From Bdellovibrionota bacterium (GTDB taxonomy: Bacteria > Bdellovibrionota_C > UBA2361 > OMIW01), in assembly GCA_044345055.1 (NCBI GenBank), contig JBIJBT010000006.1:1-56045 (forward strand): a stretch of DNA of 56,045 nt, written 5' to 3'. Below, in pieces: positions 38,325 through 49,100 of the stretch; position 1 is the first letter of the stretch; the number at the start of each line of letters is the position of its first letter. Under the pieces are notes generated by a model. The model was not told where the DNA came from. It was given only the letters and a program-made list of their open reading frames with translations, and did not search any database. The position numbers and the translations under genes are program-made.

Positions 38325-39833
38325 ATGGCAAAATCCTCCCCACAAATTGGACGAACAATCGAATATGCAGCGTGTCTCGTTGAGGGTCGAGCATCCGGAG
38401 CAGTTGAGGAGCTAAGCCGTCCAATCACAGGGTTGGCGTGTCATACTCACGAGGTGAGTGAAGGGGTATTGTTCATTGCGATTGCTGGGGCGCACGCCGA
38501 TGGGCACGATTTTGTTGATGAGGCATTTTCGCGCGGTGCTATAGGTGCTGTCGTTGAAGACAGATCGGTTCTGCAGGGGCGCCCGGGTATCGTAGTCTCC
38601 TCTACTCGCAGCGCCATTAGTATTCTTGCTGACGCATGGTTTGATCAACCATCTCGGGAGTTACACCTCGTGGGGGTAACGGGAACAAATGGCAAGAGCT
38701 CTGTGGCGTGGTGGTTGTCGTCGCTTCTTTCATCGCTCGAGCTTGAGAGCTTTTGTCTTGGTACGCTCGGAGTGCGAGGGCGTGGTTGGTCGCTCGAAGG
38801 AGCGTTGACGACACCCGATGCGATCTCTTTGCACCGTACTTTACGTGAAGGGGTAGATCGAGATTTTGCAGCATCCGTTATGGAGGTTTCATCTCACGCA
38901 CTGCATCAATCTCGTGTGGATGGCGTTCAATTCGATGTAGCAATATTCACCAACCTAACTCACGACCATCTCGATTATCACGGTTCACTCGATGAATATT
39001 TTAGCTGCAAAAAATATCTCTTTGAGCTTCTTGCTCGTGGCGATTCCTCGGTACAGGCGATAGTAACAAATGGCGATACGCCTTACGGGCGTGAAATCGC
39101 ACAAGAGTATGGAGGGACTATTCAGGGTGAGTGTATTATCTATGGATTTTCGCCTAGTGCGATGTTGCGAGCTTTAGCGGTCGAACATCGCTCCGGAGGA
39201 ACACGATGTGCGATTGCCTTCCAAGGTGAAGAGGTTCCCGTTACAGTTCCGTTTTTAGGGGAGCACAACATCGAAAATTTGCTTGCTGTTGTTGGAGGTG
39301 CGCTTGCATTCGGGTGGCCACTGAAACATATCGTTGAAAAATTGCCTCACCTTCCTCAGGTTCCAGGTCGCCTCGAGCAGATATCCGCGGGAGATATAAA
39401 TGCATACGTTGATTATGCACACACACCCGATGCTCTAGAGCGAGCTTTGCGGGCGATGAGGCTTGGTACCGAGGGCCGAGTAATTGTTGTATTTGGTTGC
39501 GGAGGAGATCGTGATAGCTCGAAACGGCCGATTATGGGGCAAATCGCGCATCAGGGTGGAGACCTTGTGGTAATAACAAGTGATAATCCGCGCACCGAAG
39601 AGCCAGATAAAATTATCGGTGATATTTTGTCTGGGTGTCCGAATCCAGCTCATTGTAACCCCGATCGTCGCGCGGCGATTCGTTGGGCGTTGGATACAGC
39701 CCTTCCAGGCGATACCGTTTTGATAGCGGGTAAGGGACACGAGGATTATCAGATAATTGGCCGTGAAAAACTCCCATTTTCGGATCAAGATGTGGTTAGG
39801 GAGTGGTACGAAGAGAGGAAACAGGGTAGTTAG
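38325..39833 (+). CDS. murE: UDP-MurNAc-L-Ala-D-Glu:meso-diaminopimelate ligase
   Basis: GVTGTNGKS, TTPD, MEVSSH, DHLDYH, DYAHTPD, DNPR (mDAP specificity) and AGKGHE. Confidence 0.95.
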   Translation: MAKSSPQIGRTIEYAACLVEGRASGAVEELSRPITGLACHTHEVSEGVLFIAIAGAHADGHDFVDEAFSRGAIGAVVEDRSVLQGRPGIVVSSTRSAISILADAWFDQPSRELHLVGVTGTNGKSSVAWWLSSLLSSLELESFCLGTLGVRGRGWSLEGALTTPDAISLHRTLREGVDRDFAASVMEVSSHALHQSRVDGVQFDVAIFTNLTHDHLDYHGSLDEYFSCKKYLFELLARGDSSVQAIVTNGDTPYGREIAQEYGGTIQGECIIYGFSPSAMLRALAVEHRSGGTRCAIAFQGEEVPVTVPFLGEHNIENLLAVVGGALAFGWPLKHIVEKLPHLPQVPGRLEQISAGDINAYVDYAHTPDALERALRAMRLGTEGRVIVVFGCGGDRDSSKRPIMGQIAHQGGDLVVITSDNPRTEEPDKIIGDILSGCPNPAHCNPDRRAAIRWALDTALPGDTVLIAGKGHEDYQIIGREKLPFSDQDVVREWYEERKQGS

Positions 39834-39876
39834 TTGGCAATAGTTGAATCGTTAAAATGATGCGTAGGAACCAATT

Positions 39877-40881
39877 ATGAGTTCAAGAAAGATATTCGAT
39901 GACCTTCCAGAGGTGCTTGGTATTCCGCCTATACGGTCGGCATCCAATTTTTCCCCACCACTGATACCGATGGTGCTCGCTGCAGTCGCGGTGGTACTTG
40001 TCTGGTCGAGCGTTTACACGATACCTGCCGAATCAGAGGGAGTGGTGCTTCGATTCGGAAAATATATCGATACGGTCCAGCCAGGGCTTCACGCCAAGCT
40101 CCCATTTGGGATGGATCAGGTCAGTATTCTGCCAACGAGAAGGCAGCTCAAGATGGAGTTTGGATTTTATACTCCTCAGTACACCAATCAATATCAGATT
40201 GGAAATGAGCCAGATCGCGAGAAAGCGATGGTTACTGGTGACCTCAACGCAGCTCTAGTTGAGTGGGTTGTACAATATCGTATTAATGAGCCAAAAAAGT
40301 ATCTCTTTGACGTAAGAGACCCCGCTCAAACGTTGCGCGATCTCTCAGAAGCAGCAATGCGCGAAGTGGTTGGCGACAGAACCGTCGATGAAGTGATTAC
40401 GGTTGGTCGACAAGAGATTGAGATAGCTGCGTTATCTCGATTGCAGGAGCTCGTCGCTAAATATCAGTTGGGAGTTGTTGTCGATCAGGTTCAGCTAAAA
40501 AATGTAAATCCTCCACAACCTGTTCAAGCTTCGTTTAACGAGGTCAATAAGGCGCAACAAGATCGGGAGAATATGGTCAATGTTGCAAATGGTGAATACA
40601 ACAAAGCCGTTCCCCGTGCTAAGGGTGAGGCGGATTCAGCTATTCAGGCTGCCGAAGGATATCGATTCAAGCGGGTTAATGAGGCAGAGGGTGATGTAGC
40701 CTCATTTTCGGCACTCCTCGCGGAATACCGAAAAGCCCCAGATATAACCCGTACCAGAATGTATCTTGAAACGATGGCTGAAGTTTTACCTCGTCTTAGC
40801 AAGCGGGTCATAGTTGATGAATCTCTTAAACAGTGGATCCCGCTCTTAAGCCAGATCACGAAAGATGAGGAGAAACGGTAA
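39877..40881 (+). CDS. hflK: FtsH modulator HflK
   Basis: Single transmembrane segment plus SPFH domain; GVVLRFGK, VQYRI and RMYLETM; paired with hflC. Confidence 0.92.
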   Translation: MSSRKIFDDLPEVLGIPPIRSASNFSPPLIPMVLAAVAVVLVWSSVYTIPAESEGVVLRFGKYIDTVQPGLHAKLPFGMDQVSILPTRRQLKMEFGFYTPQYTNQYQIGNEPDREKAMVTGDLNAALVEWVVQYRINEPKKYLFDVRDPAQTLRDLSEAAMREVVGDRTVDEVITVGRQEIEIAALSRLQELVAKYQLGVVVDQVQLKNVNPPQPVQASFNEVNKAQQDRENMVNVANGEYNKAVPRAKGEADSAIQAAEGYRFKRVNEAEGDVASFSALLAEYRKAPDITRTRMYLETMAEVLPRLSKRVIVDESLKQWIPLLSQITKDEEKR

Positions 40882-41849
40882 TGAATAGGGCACTCGTTTT
40901 ATTCGCGCAGATCGGTCTATTATTGGGAATTTTGGTAGTTGCAAGCTGCCTCTATGTCGTTAACGAAACCGATCAAGTTATCATCACCCAATTTGGCAAA
41001 CCAGTTGGTCGGCCAATTACTGAGCCTGGTTTACATGTAAAGCTTCCATTTGTTCAGGTAGTTAATAGACTCGAAAAAAGGTTTCTTGAGTGGGATGGCG
41101 CGCCGGTCGGTATTCCTACGAAGGATAAAACCTACATCTATGTAGATGCTTTTGCGCGGTGGCGGATCGAAGACCCTGAACGTTACTTTGTTCGTATAAG
41201 GGATGAAAGAAGCGCGCAATCTCGGCTTGAGGATATCTTGGGGAGCGAGATTCGAAACTCTATTGCTCGACATCAGTTGATTGAAATAGTTCGTTCAGAC
41301 AAGGGACGCGTTCCGCAGGGCGATGAGACCATAATCGGAGAGGGGAAAACGGGATCTATAGGGTCGCTTATCCCGATAGCTTTGGGCCGCGCCGGTATCG
41401 AGGCAGAGATTCAAAAAGCGGCTGTCGGTAAATTACGTGAATTTGGGATTGAGCTGATGGATCTTAGGCTCAAACGGGTAAACTATAATCCGGATGTACT
41501 CGATCGTATTTATCAAAGGATGATCAGTGAGCGGTTGCAGATAGCGCAGCGGTTTCGATCAGAGGGCGAGGGGGAGGCTGCGAAGATTGCCGGCCGCAAA
41601 GAGATGGATCTGCAAGAGATTAGTTCTGGAGCCTACCGTAAAGTCCAACAGATTCGGGGTGAAGCTGATGCCAAAGCAACCGAGATCTACTCGCGAGCCT
41701 ACAATCAGACAGGAGAGGCGGCTGAATTTTATCAGTTCTTAAAAACGCTCCAGACCTATCCTCTGGTTTTGGCGGGAGACACGCAGCTTGTATTATCAAC
41801 TGATGCAATGCTGCTAAAATTGCTCAAGAGCCCCCGCATTCGAGAATAG
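40881..41849 (+). CDS. hflC: FtsH modulator HflC
   Basis: ITQFGKP, PGLHVKLPF, RMISER...FRSEG and FYQFLKTL; TAATG overlap with hflK. Confidence 0.92.
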   Translation: MNRALVLFAQIGLLLGILVVASCLYVVNETDQVIITQFGKPVGRPITEPGLHVKLPFVQVVNRLEKRFLEWDGAPVGIPTKDKTYIYVDAFARWRIEDPERYFVRIRDERSAQSRLEDILGSEIRNSIARHQLIEIVRSDKGRVPQGDETIIGEGKTGSIGSLIPIALGRAGIEAEIQKAAVGKLREFGIELMDLRLKRVNYNPDVLDRIYQRMISERLQIAQRFRSEGEGEAAKIAGRKEMDLQEISSGAYRKVQQIRGEADAKATEIYSRAYNQTGEAAEFYQFLKTLQTYPLVLAGDTQLVLSTDAMLLKLLKSPRIRE

Positions 41850-41906
41850 TGTAAGGGTGTACGTTTAGCTTGGGGTGACGTTTCACGGAAGAAACGGCCT
41901 TCAGAG

Positions 41907-41948
41907 AAACAAGGGACCGGGAGAGGGAAGCTCTTCTCCTGGTTGTTT
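41907..41948. terminator. Possible bidirectional terminator between convergent genes
   Basis: AAACA..ACCGGGAGA-GGGAAGCTCT-TCTCCTGGT-TGTTT hairpin between hflC and 41960..43801. Confidence 0.5.
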
Positions 41949-41959
41949 GTTCTGACCCC

Positions 41960-43801
41960 TTACTTCTTGATAACGAATTTTCTCACTGGGCTGAATTTAG
42001 TTAATATCGGCTTTCTCTTCCCGATCGTTGCAATGGCCCGATATTTGACCTGATAGGTGCCTGGAGGAAGAGCGCGGAGAGTGACGCGATTTTTCGTAGC
42101 TATTACCTTTATTCTCCTTTTACTGCCCGCGCGGGCAAGTTGAAGTTCATAGGAAATAGTTGATTTTGTCGCCCGTTCCGAGGCGTTTGTGGATTCCCCT
42201 TCAGAATTTGATAGCGAATCTAACTTGCCGGTTTGGGGAAGCTTAAATTTGATAAGGTTAAGAGTGACCGTCGTCCCAGAAACTTTAATATCTGGAGGGG
42301 TTTGAATCGGGGCATTTTCCTCGATTACCGGCTCAGGGAATGATCCAGTTGAAATAAAAACCCGTGAAACATTCGCCTGAAATTCGGGATTAAGAAAGAA
42401 CGTTCCGATATTTGAGGAGCGTGTTTCAAAGGCCATCCGAAGGTCGGTACTTGCAAGAGAACTTCTGCCGATAACCGGGAAAACGCTCGGCGCATCAAGC
42501 TCGCCATCGCTACTAGTCTTACTTACGCGCTGAATTGAGCCATTAGAGAGGTCCTTAATAAACACATCGGCAACTCCATTGGTGTCACCATTCACAAGAT
42601 TGTTTGCAGTGTCGGACCATATAGCAAAACGTCCATCAGCGCTTAACATTCCTGTAGGTCCATTCGGAAACTCCTGGAACGAGTAAGAGCCATTACCAAT
42701 CACTCCATCGTTCGTTTTACTAACTAGCTCGAGAGAACGATCTGAATCCCGCCATACAACAAATTTTGGCTGACTTGCGGAGGCCTCTACTCCTAGATTG
42801 TTAGCTTCCGTTGAGAATGCAACTTTATCTCCGCTGAAGGATATTGAGGGATGCCTACTACTAGCATTTCCAGGTTCGCCCTGAGCATTGAGAGAGATTA
42901 TTTCAGTTTTTCGGCTCGCAATATTAAAGCGAAGAATCTGCGGGATTGGAGGAAATTCTGACTGAGTATTTGTCGTGTATGGAAAACGTGTATAGACGAC
43001 ATATTTCCCATCTCCACTCATAACTGGGTCGTATAAATCGCCATCGGCTGGACCATTTGAGCCATCGGCAATTTTTAGACTAACCGAGGAGTCCGAAATA
43101 TTTACCTCTGCAAGGTATAACCTACTTGCAAAGTCCCCTTGTTCAGTCGGAGTTTCCAAAAGGTTTGTCGCTCTTGAAGAAAAGACAACGAGAAAACGAT
43201 TCGGCGCCGATAGGGCGGTGATGGAAGATTTAGTGGTATCACCATTTCCCGCATCTGTACCATTTGCTCCACGAGTGATCAAAACTGTTTTCCCGAGAGC
43301 AGGATTTTTAGGGTCTGGAATCCGAAGATATAGCTGTTTGTTGAAATTTGGATTACCCACTCCATCTGGTAATAAGTTATTTGCGCCCGAAGCAAAGGTG
43401 ACACCAAATGTCCCATCAGGAAGGAGTGGGCTAATTGCAGGGAAGGTCGATTCCGGCGGAAAATCGACAGATTCGCTTCGAGTTTCCTCCTCAATATCAC
43501 TTACGCTCAAACGTGTAACGACGCTCGAGCCTCTCCTTCTGAGAAAAATATCTGCAGCGCCATTTGTGTCTTTGGCATCGCCTAATAGATTCGTTGCTCT
43601 TGATTGAAAAACGGCGTAATCGCTGTCGGGTGCTAACACGACCTGTCCACTATCACCATCCGGTGGTGTCGATGAATTACCTGCTACGGAAGAAAGCTGC
43701 TGCGGAGCCACTATTTTGAGCTGGGCATTGGCAGAAGAGGACACAAAACAGATCGCGATCGCAGTTGTGAGATTGGGGAAGAAGCTGTGTCGCGATGTCA
43801 T
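41960..43801 (-). CDS. Secreted TolB-like/PD40 beta-propeller protein with a basic C-terminal FN3/Ig-like domain
   Basis: Signal peptide ending ANA|Q; repeats FQSRATNL..DTNG..DIFLR, PVMSGDGKYVVY, PSISFSGDKVAF and LSADGRF..NLVNGDTNGVADVFIKDL; C-terminal LPPGTYQVKYRA. Confidence 0.8.
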   Translation of the reverse strand: MTSRHSFFPNLTTAIAICFVSSSANAQLKIVAPQQLSSVAGNSSTPPDGDSGQVVLAPDSDYAVFQSRATNLLGDAKDTNGAADIFLRRRGSSVVTRLSVSDIEEETRSESVDFPPESTFPAISPLLPDGTFGVTFASGANNLLPDGVGNPNFNKQLYLRIPDPKNPALGKTVLITRGANGTDAGNGDTTKSSITALSAPNRFLVVFSSRATNLLETPTEQGDFASRLYLAEVNISDSSVSLKIADGSNGPADGDLYDPVMSGDGKYVVYTRFPYTTNTQSEFPPIPQILRFNIASRKTEIISLNAQGEPGNASSRHPSISFSGDKVAFSTEANNLGVEASASQPKFVVWRDSDRSLELVSKTNDGVIGNGSYSFQEFPNGPTGMLSADGRFAIWSDTANNLVNGDTNGVADVFIKDLSNGSIQRVSKTSSDGELDAPSVFPVIGRSSLASTDLRMAFETRSSNIGTFFLNPEFQANVSRVFISTGSFPEPVIEENAPIQTPPDIKVSGTTVTLNLIKFKLPQTGKLDSLSNSEGESTNASERATKSTISYELQLARAGSKRRIKVIATKNRVTLRALPPGTYQVKYRAIATIGKRKPILTKFSPVRKFVIKK

Positions 43802-43949
43802 TGTCTAAATCCTCTTTTAATAAAGTTTATGCTCTTGTGGATTGAGAATTATTAGAGGGTGCTAGTCTTCCGTGGTGGCAATATTCAGCCAATAAAAGAA
43901 TGCTAGTCTTATATTTTTACGAACAGTTATCCCCTGATTATAACTCGAC

Positions 43950-45920
43950 TTACTTGCTATCGAAAGTCAATTCTCCACCCCAGCCAAGCGGAGGTGGCGA
44001 TTCCATCAATTCAGTTATCTCAGCAATATAAAGTTTGCTTGCTTTCTCAAGTCTCGGTTCTGCCGTTGCCAGTTTCTCAAAACGTAAACGAGCTGATTCA
44101 AACTGGGTCTGAGAAAATTCGTCACACGCTTTGTTCCACTCAGTCAGGACCGTTGATGCGAGTGGTGTCTCAAATACGGTATATAGAGGGACGGATTCCT
44201 TTTTTCCCTTAACCCGCACCTTTGCAATCGCAACAGAGCCATCGATTCCACCAGCATCTCGGCGCGTTGCTTCACTAAATAGTATTAATGTGCCGAAATA
44301 TTTATTGATCCCTTCAAGTCGAGCTGAGAGATTTACCGAGTCTCCGATCGCCGTATAGTCGAACCTACGTTTTGACCCAAGATTTCCAACGAGCATTGGG
44401 CCCGTGTTGATACCGATACGGGTAATAAGGGGAGGGAAGCGATTCGTCGAATTAAATTTAGTCACCTCCTGCTGAATCGCAAGAGCGGTCTTAACCGCTA
44501 ATTCAGCGTGATTGGTCATCTTGACCGGTGCTCCCCAGATCGCAAAGACGGCGTCGCCAATAAACTTAATCAATGTTCCCTGATTTTGAAAAACAACCTC
44601 CATCACCTCTGTGAAGTAGGCATTTAGCATCTCAGAGGTACGCTCGGCAGGCATCTCTTCGGTGATCGAGGTGAAGTCGGCTATATCGGTGAAGAGTGCA
44701 GTGAGCCACAACTTTTCTCCACCGAGCTTGAGCGATGAACCATCGCGTTGCAGCTCTGGGAGCATCTCAGGTGAAAGGTAGAGCGAAAACGCAGATTTAA
44801 GGCTCTCCTCTGATTTTCGAGAAGTAAGGTAAGAGTGCAGCGTGCTTACAAGAATAATCACGGGAGCACCAATAAGAACAGAGCTTGACCCACACAGATA
44901 AAAACCTACATGAAGCCCCCATAGCGCACCAATGACCCACAAAATCATCGAAGTAGCTGAAATAATCAGCAGAACTATCGGAGTCGCCGAGAGTCCAAGA
45001 AATGAGATCGCTCCGAGGTGAATCGCCTGCCATGTTATCTCAATAAGTTGGCTCGGACGGGTGATCCAGCTCTGAGTAAGAAGATTGTTCGCAATCGTTG
45101 CATGGACCTCGACACCGTACATCATCGGTGCACCGAACGGTGTAAGATAAGAGTCCTTTTTCGCCGCTCCAGTATGAGACCTTAGCCGAATTCCAACAAA
45201 TACAATTGCATCCTGAAACCGGAGTCGGTCGCCGGGTGTCTCTTTCTCGAAGAGTTCATAGTAGGGAACAAGTGGAATGCTTCCACCTGCGCCGTAATAT
45301 CGAATGAGATCGCGCTTGCCCGGTCGTGGAGAGCCACTCCCATCTACAAATCCAGCAGCTGCCTCGGCGAGACGCGGATATTGCGCTTCAAGTTCAGAGC
45401 GATTGAAGGGAAAGGTTCGAATGATTCCGTTTGTTTCATCCAGCCCGACCAGCGCTAACTCTGCTGACTGTTGAAAGCGTTCGTGCGGTAGTTCAATATT
45501 CTCAATTTCAGAGATGCCTCCCTGCGATTTAACGTTTGTGATGGTGTTCTCCGCTCCGATTACCGTCGGCAATAGACCCATAGCATTACTGAGCGCGGCG
45601 TCTATCTCCGGATCAGGCCCCGGATCGACAAATAACACATCGAACGCCACCCGCTTTGCCCCCAATTCTTTGAGCCGATTAAGGAGACGTGCATGGAGTG
45701 CTCGAGGCCAGGGAGGACCAAACGGTACGTTTAAACGGCTGTAACTCTGTTCATCAATTCCAACCACTACAACTTTTGCAGGCGGAGTAGTGTTTCCGAG
45801 AAATCTGAAAATCTGATCAGAGACCCGAAAGTCAATCTCTTCAATCAGGGGAGTGCTCATCGTAAAGGCGGCGATGATTGCAACGCCACAGGAGATAGCG
45901 AGCCGGGGGAGCAGTTTCAT
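43950..45920 (-). CDS. CHASE2-domain class III adenylate cyclase
   Basis: VVVVGIDEQS, PWPRALHA, FDVLF and YGVEVHA (CHASE2); three transmembrane helices; LFTDIADFT, IKFIGDAV and DYTAIGDSVNLSARLE; TPR-like tail. Confidence 0.93.
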   Translation of the reverse strand: MKLLPRLAISCGVAIIAAFTMSTPLIEEIDFRVSDQIFRFLGNTTPPAKVVVVGIDEQSYSRLNVPFGPPWPRALHARLLNRLKELGAKRVAFDVLFVDPGPDPEIDAALSNAMGLLPTVIGAENTITNVKSQGGISEIENIELPHERFQQSAELALVGLDETNGIIRTFPFNRSELEAQYPRLAEAAAGFVDGSGSPRPGKRDLIRYYGAGGSIPLVPYYELFEKETPGDRLRFQDAIVFVGIRLRSHTGAAKKDSYLTPFGAPMMYGVEVHATIANNLLTQSWITRPSQLIEITWQAIHLGAISFLGLSATPIVLLIISATSMILWVIGALWGLHVGFYLCGSSSVLIGAPVIILVSTLHSYLTSRKSEESLKSAFSLYLSPEMLPELQRDGSSLKLGGEKLWLTALFTDIADFTSITEEMPAERTSEMLNAYFTEVMEVVFQNQGTLIKFIGDAVFAIWGAPVKMTNHAELAVKTALAIQQEVTKFNSTNRFPPLITRIGINTGPMLVGNLGSKRRFDYTAIGDSVNLSARLEGINKYFGTLILFSEATRRDAGGIDGSVAIAKVRVKGKKESVPLYTVFETPLASTVLTEWNKACDEFSQTQFESARLRFEKLATAEPRLEKASKLYIAEITELMESPPPLGWGGELTFDSK

Positions 45921-46140
45921 GGAGAGGATGACCGGAAAATTAGGATTTTGAAGCCCGAAAAAGGGATGTAGCTACATCTTTTGGAATGATGTGATCATGG
46001 GTTGGGTGTGTCAATTCATTATAGAGAGGCGGTGCATTTTGGTGCTGGAGAAAGTGGACCTAGTGAGTTACGGTTTGAGGTAGATTTTCGGACGATGAAA
46101 AAAGGAATCCTAGATTGTTTAATTTGATTGGTCACAAAGT

Positions 46141-49100
46141 ATGCGACGACTAAGAAATTTAACTCAGCGAGCGAGAGACTGGAGCATTGTGCTCAGAATA
46201 TCAAAGATGCTGACTCTCTGTACTATCCTCGTTATTTCGTTTGTAGCCTATGCTACAAACGAAAATACAGCGACTATATTTTCGCTAGAGGGAGAAGTCA
46301 CTGTCACTCGCGAGGGGAAAAAGATCCAAGCCAACGAATCGATGCAACTTTTAAATGGTGATGAGGTTTCAGTTGCAAAGCCTGGCTTAGTTGCGCTCCA
46401 ACTTGCTGATGGCTCTTATATTCGTCTTCCGGGTGGCTCAACAATTCGCTTTCCCGCCGAGGAACGCTCACTCGGGCTTCTAGCTGGCGTTATGCACTTT
46501 TTTAGCCACTCCGAACAGCATCCGACCGTTATAACTGAACATGTTACCGCAGCTATTCGGGGAACCGAATTTACCGTTGCAGTGAACAAAGATGAAACAA
46601 CTATTCAAGTTCTCTCCGGTGCAGTTAATGGAACAAGCCCCGAGGGGGTCGCCTCATTAAACTCTGGCCAGGGAGCCAAATTTCGGAGGGGCTCGGCACC
46701 TCAGCTTTACTCTATTCTCAGCTCGGAGCGTGCGGTTCAGTGGAGCCTCTTTACCCCACTACTCGGTTCTGAAGAAGATTTAAATCACCTCGAAAAAGGT
46801 GGAGTTTCGGCGCAGCAAGCCGTTCTAAACGCTCGGGCTGGCGATATCGCAGAGGCACTCGCTGATCTCAGCACGAAGAGCGAATCTATCTGCTCTGCCG
46901 CATCAGTTCTTCGTGGACGACTCCTTATCGTCTCGGGAGATCGCGAGGGTGGAGCAGCGGTACTGAACGGGTGCGTAACAGCATCGCAAAAACTCAGTCC
47001 TCAGGAAGCTTCATATCGTGCAATAGCAGCCGGGACTCTTTCGATAGTTCGTCTTATGCAAGGAGATCTTTCATCTGCTGAAAAGCTCTCTCAGGAGGCG
47101 ATATCAAAAGAAAAAGGTCTTGCTTCTGCGAAGATTGCCCGCTCATTTTCCTTACAGGAGCGTGGTGATCTTGAGGAAGCACTCGAGGTAATTGGAGCAG
47201 CTAATGCGAGCGATGATTATGATCTTATAGCTCGTCGCGCTGAGCTACTCTTTATGTTTGGAAGAGTTCCCGAAGCACGCAAAGAATTGGAACAGATTCC
47301 AACGCGGTCCTGGTACGGTGATACGGTGCTTGGATTTGTTCTTATGGCGGATAGATCTTTTGCTGAGGCAGAGGTTCTTTTTACGCGAGCCGCAGCAGCG
47401 GAATCAGGAGCAGGTCTTCCTCAGGTAGGTCTTGGCCTTCTTTCTGTCAATCGGGGCGATCTTTCAAAAGGACGTCAACATTTTGAGCGCGCGACGGTGC
47501 TAGAACCCTCTCGTGCTATCTATAGAAGCTATCTTGGAAAGAGTTATTTTGAAGCTGATTCATATAGTCCAGCAGACCCTGAATATCGCCGCGCGATAGA
47601 GCTCGATAAGAATGATCCTACACCGTATCTTTATCGTAGCTTTATGCGGCTTGCTGAAAATCGCCCAGTTGAGGCTCTTCGAGATATTGAGGCGGCGCGC
47701 GATAGATCCGAAAATCGCTCTGTGTATCGCTCTCGATTCCGTCTTGATGAGGATGCCGCAGTTCAGAGCGCATCGCTTTCCCGAACCTATCGCGATCTTG
47801 GTTTTTTTGAGAGGGGAAAAGTCGAGGCTATAGCAGCTATTATCTCAGATTATCGGAATGCGAGTGCGCATAGACTTCTCTCAGAGAGTCAGGAGAACCC
47901 ATTTTCCGCTGACACCAGTCTTTCCGAGCGCCGAATATCCAATCTTTTTTCTCCTCTTAGTATCAATGTAATCGACTCAATTGGTTCAAGTGTTTCGTTG
48001 AATGAATACTCATCCCTTTTTGAGCGAGATGGGTGGCGCACAGGAGTATCTTCATCCTATGCATCATTGAATGATATCGGACAGACCGGAATAGTAGCCG
48101 CAAATAAGTCCGGCAATTTAGTAACCGGACTCTCAGCATCTGGGATCGTGTCGCGTGGACTTGATTCAGCTCCTCGCTCGGCAGGGGGGCGAGTAGGTGT
48201 TTCCCTGCAAGCTCAACCAAATTGGCAAGATCGTTTTTTTGTTGAGGGAAGAGGTATTATCGAGGATTCTCGCGATAGTATTGATGATGTGCAATTTGAT
48301 GGTGGATCTTTTGCGTTGGGTGCAAGTCGACGTTTTTCGCCCAATGTGACTGCTCTTGTGCAGAGCACGTTTAGTCGTGATCGGGAGAAGCTTTCGCAGA
48401 TTGGAATTGATGAACAGCTCGATTTTATAACCTTCTCTCAAGGGGAACGCGATCGTCAGATAGTGGAGGCTCTCGTCGATGCTCAGACCGATCGCTATAC
48501 ATCGTTGTGGGTTAATGAGGGTCAGCTAGTTGCACGCACATCTTTTCTAACCTCACTATTTACCCTTCGAAGTGCAACCACTCGGGGCGATCTTTCCGAC
48601 ACTCGTGTGGTTCTTGCTGATGAAACAGGAGTCCTTGATGGCCAAGAACTTCCGCTTACGAGTGCTGCTCCTGTAAATTTTCAGAGCTTTACTGCATCGT
48701 ATCTTGGAATGATATCGCTTACCCCTGAGTGGTTTCTTAATCTTGGCGGTTCATTTGAACGGGTGGGATGGAGCACATTTGACGAGCCTCCATTTGATGA
48801 AAGTACCGAGAGTCGTTCACGTGTAAATCCAAAAGCAGGAATTATATTCAAGCCGAGCGCGAGGGCTCTCTTTAGGGTAGGGTACGGCGAATCTTTGGGT
48901 AAAGGAATAAATCTTGATTTAGCTAGTGTTGAACCGACACTTATCGGGGGAATTACGCAACGTTTTAATGATAATCCAGGAACCTTCTCTCGTAATCTTG
49001 GATTTGGAGTTGACCTTCAACCAGGGGAAAGGAGCTACGTTGGAACAGAGTGGATTCATCGATGGCTCGATGAAAGTAGGGGTAATAATCTGTATCAGGT

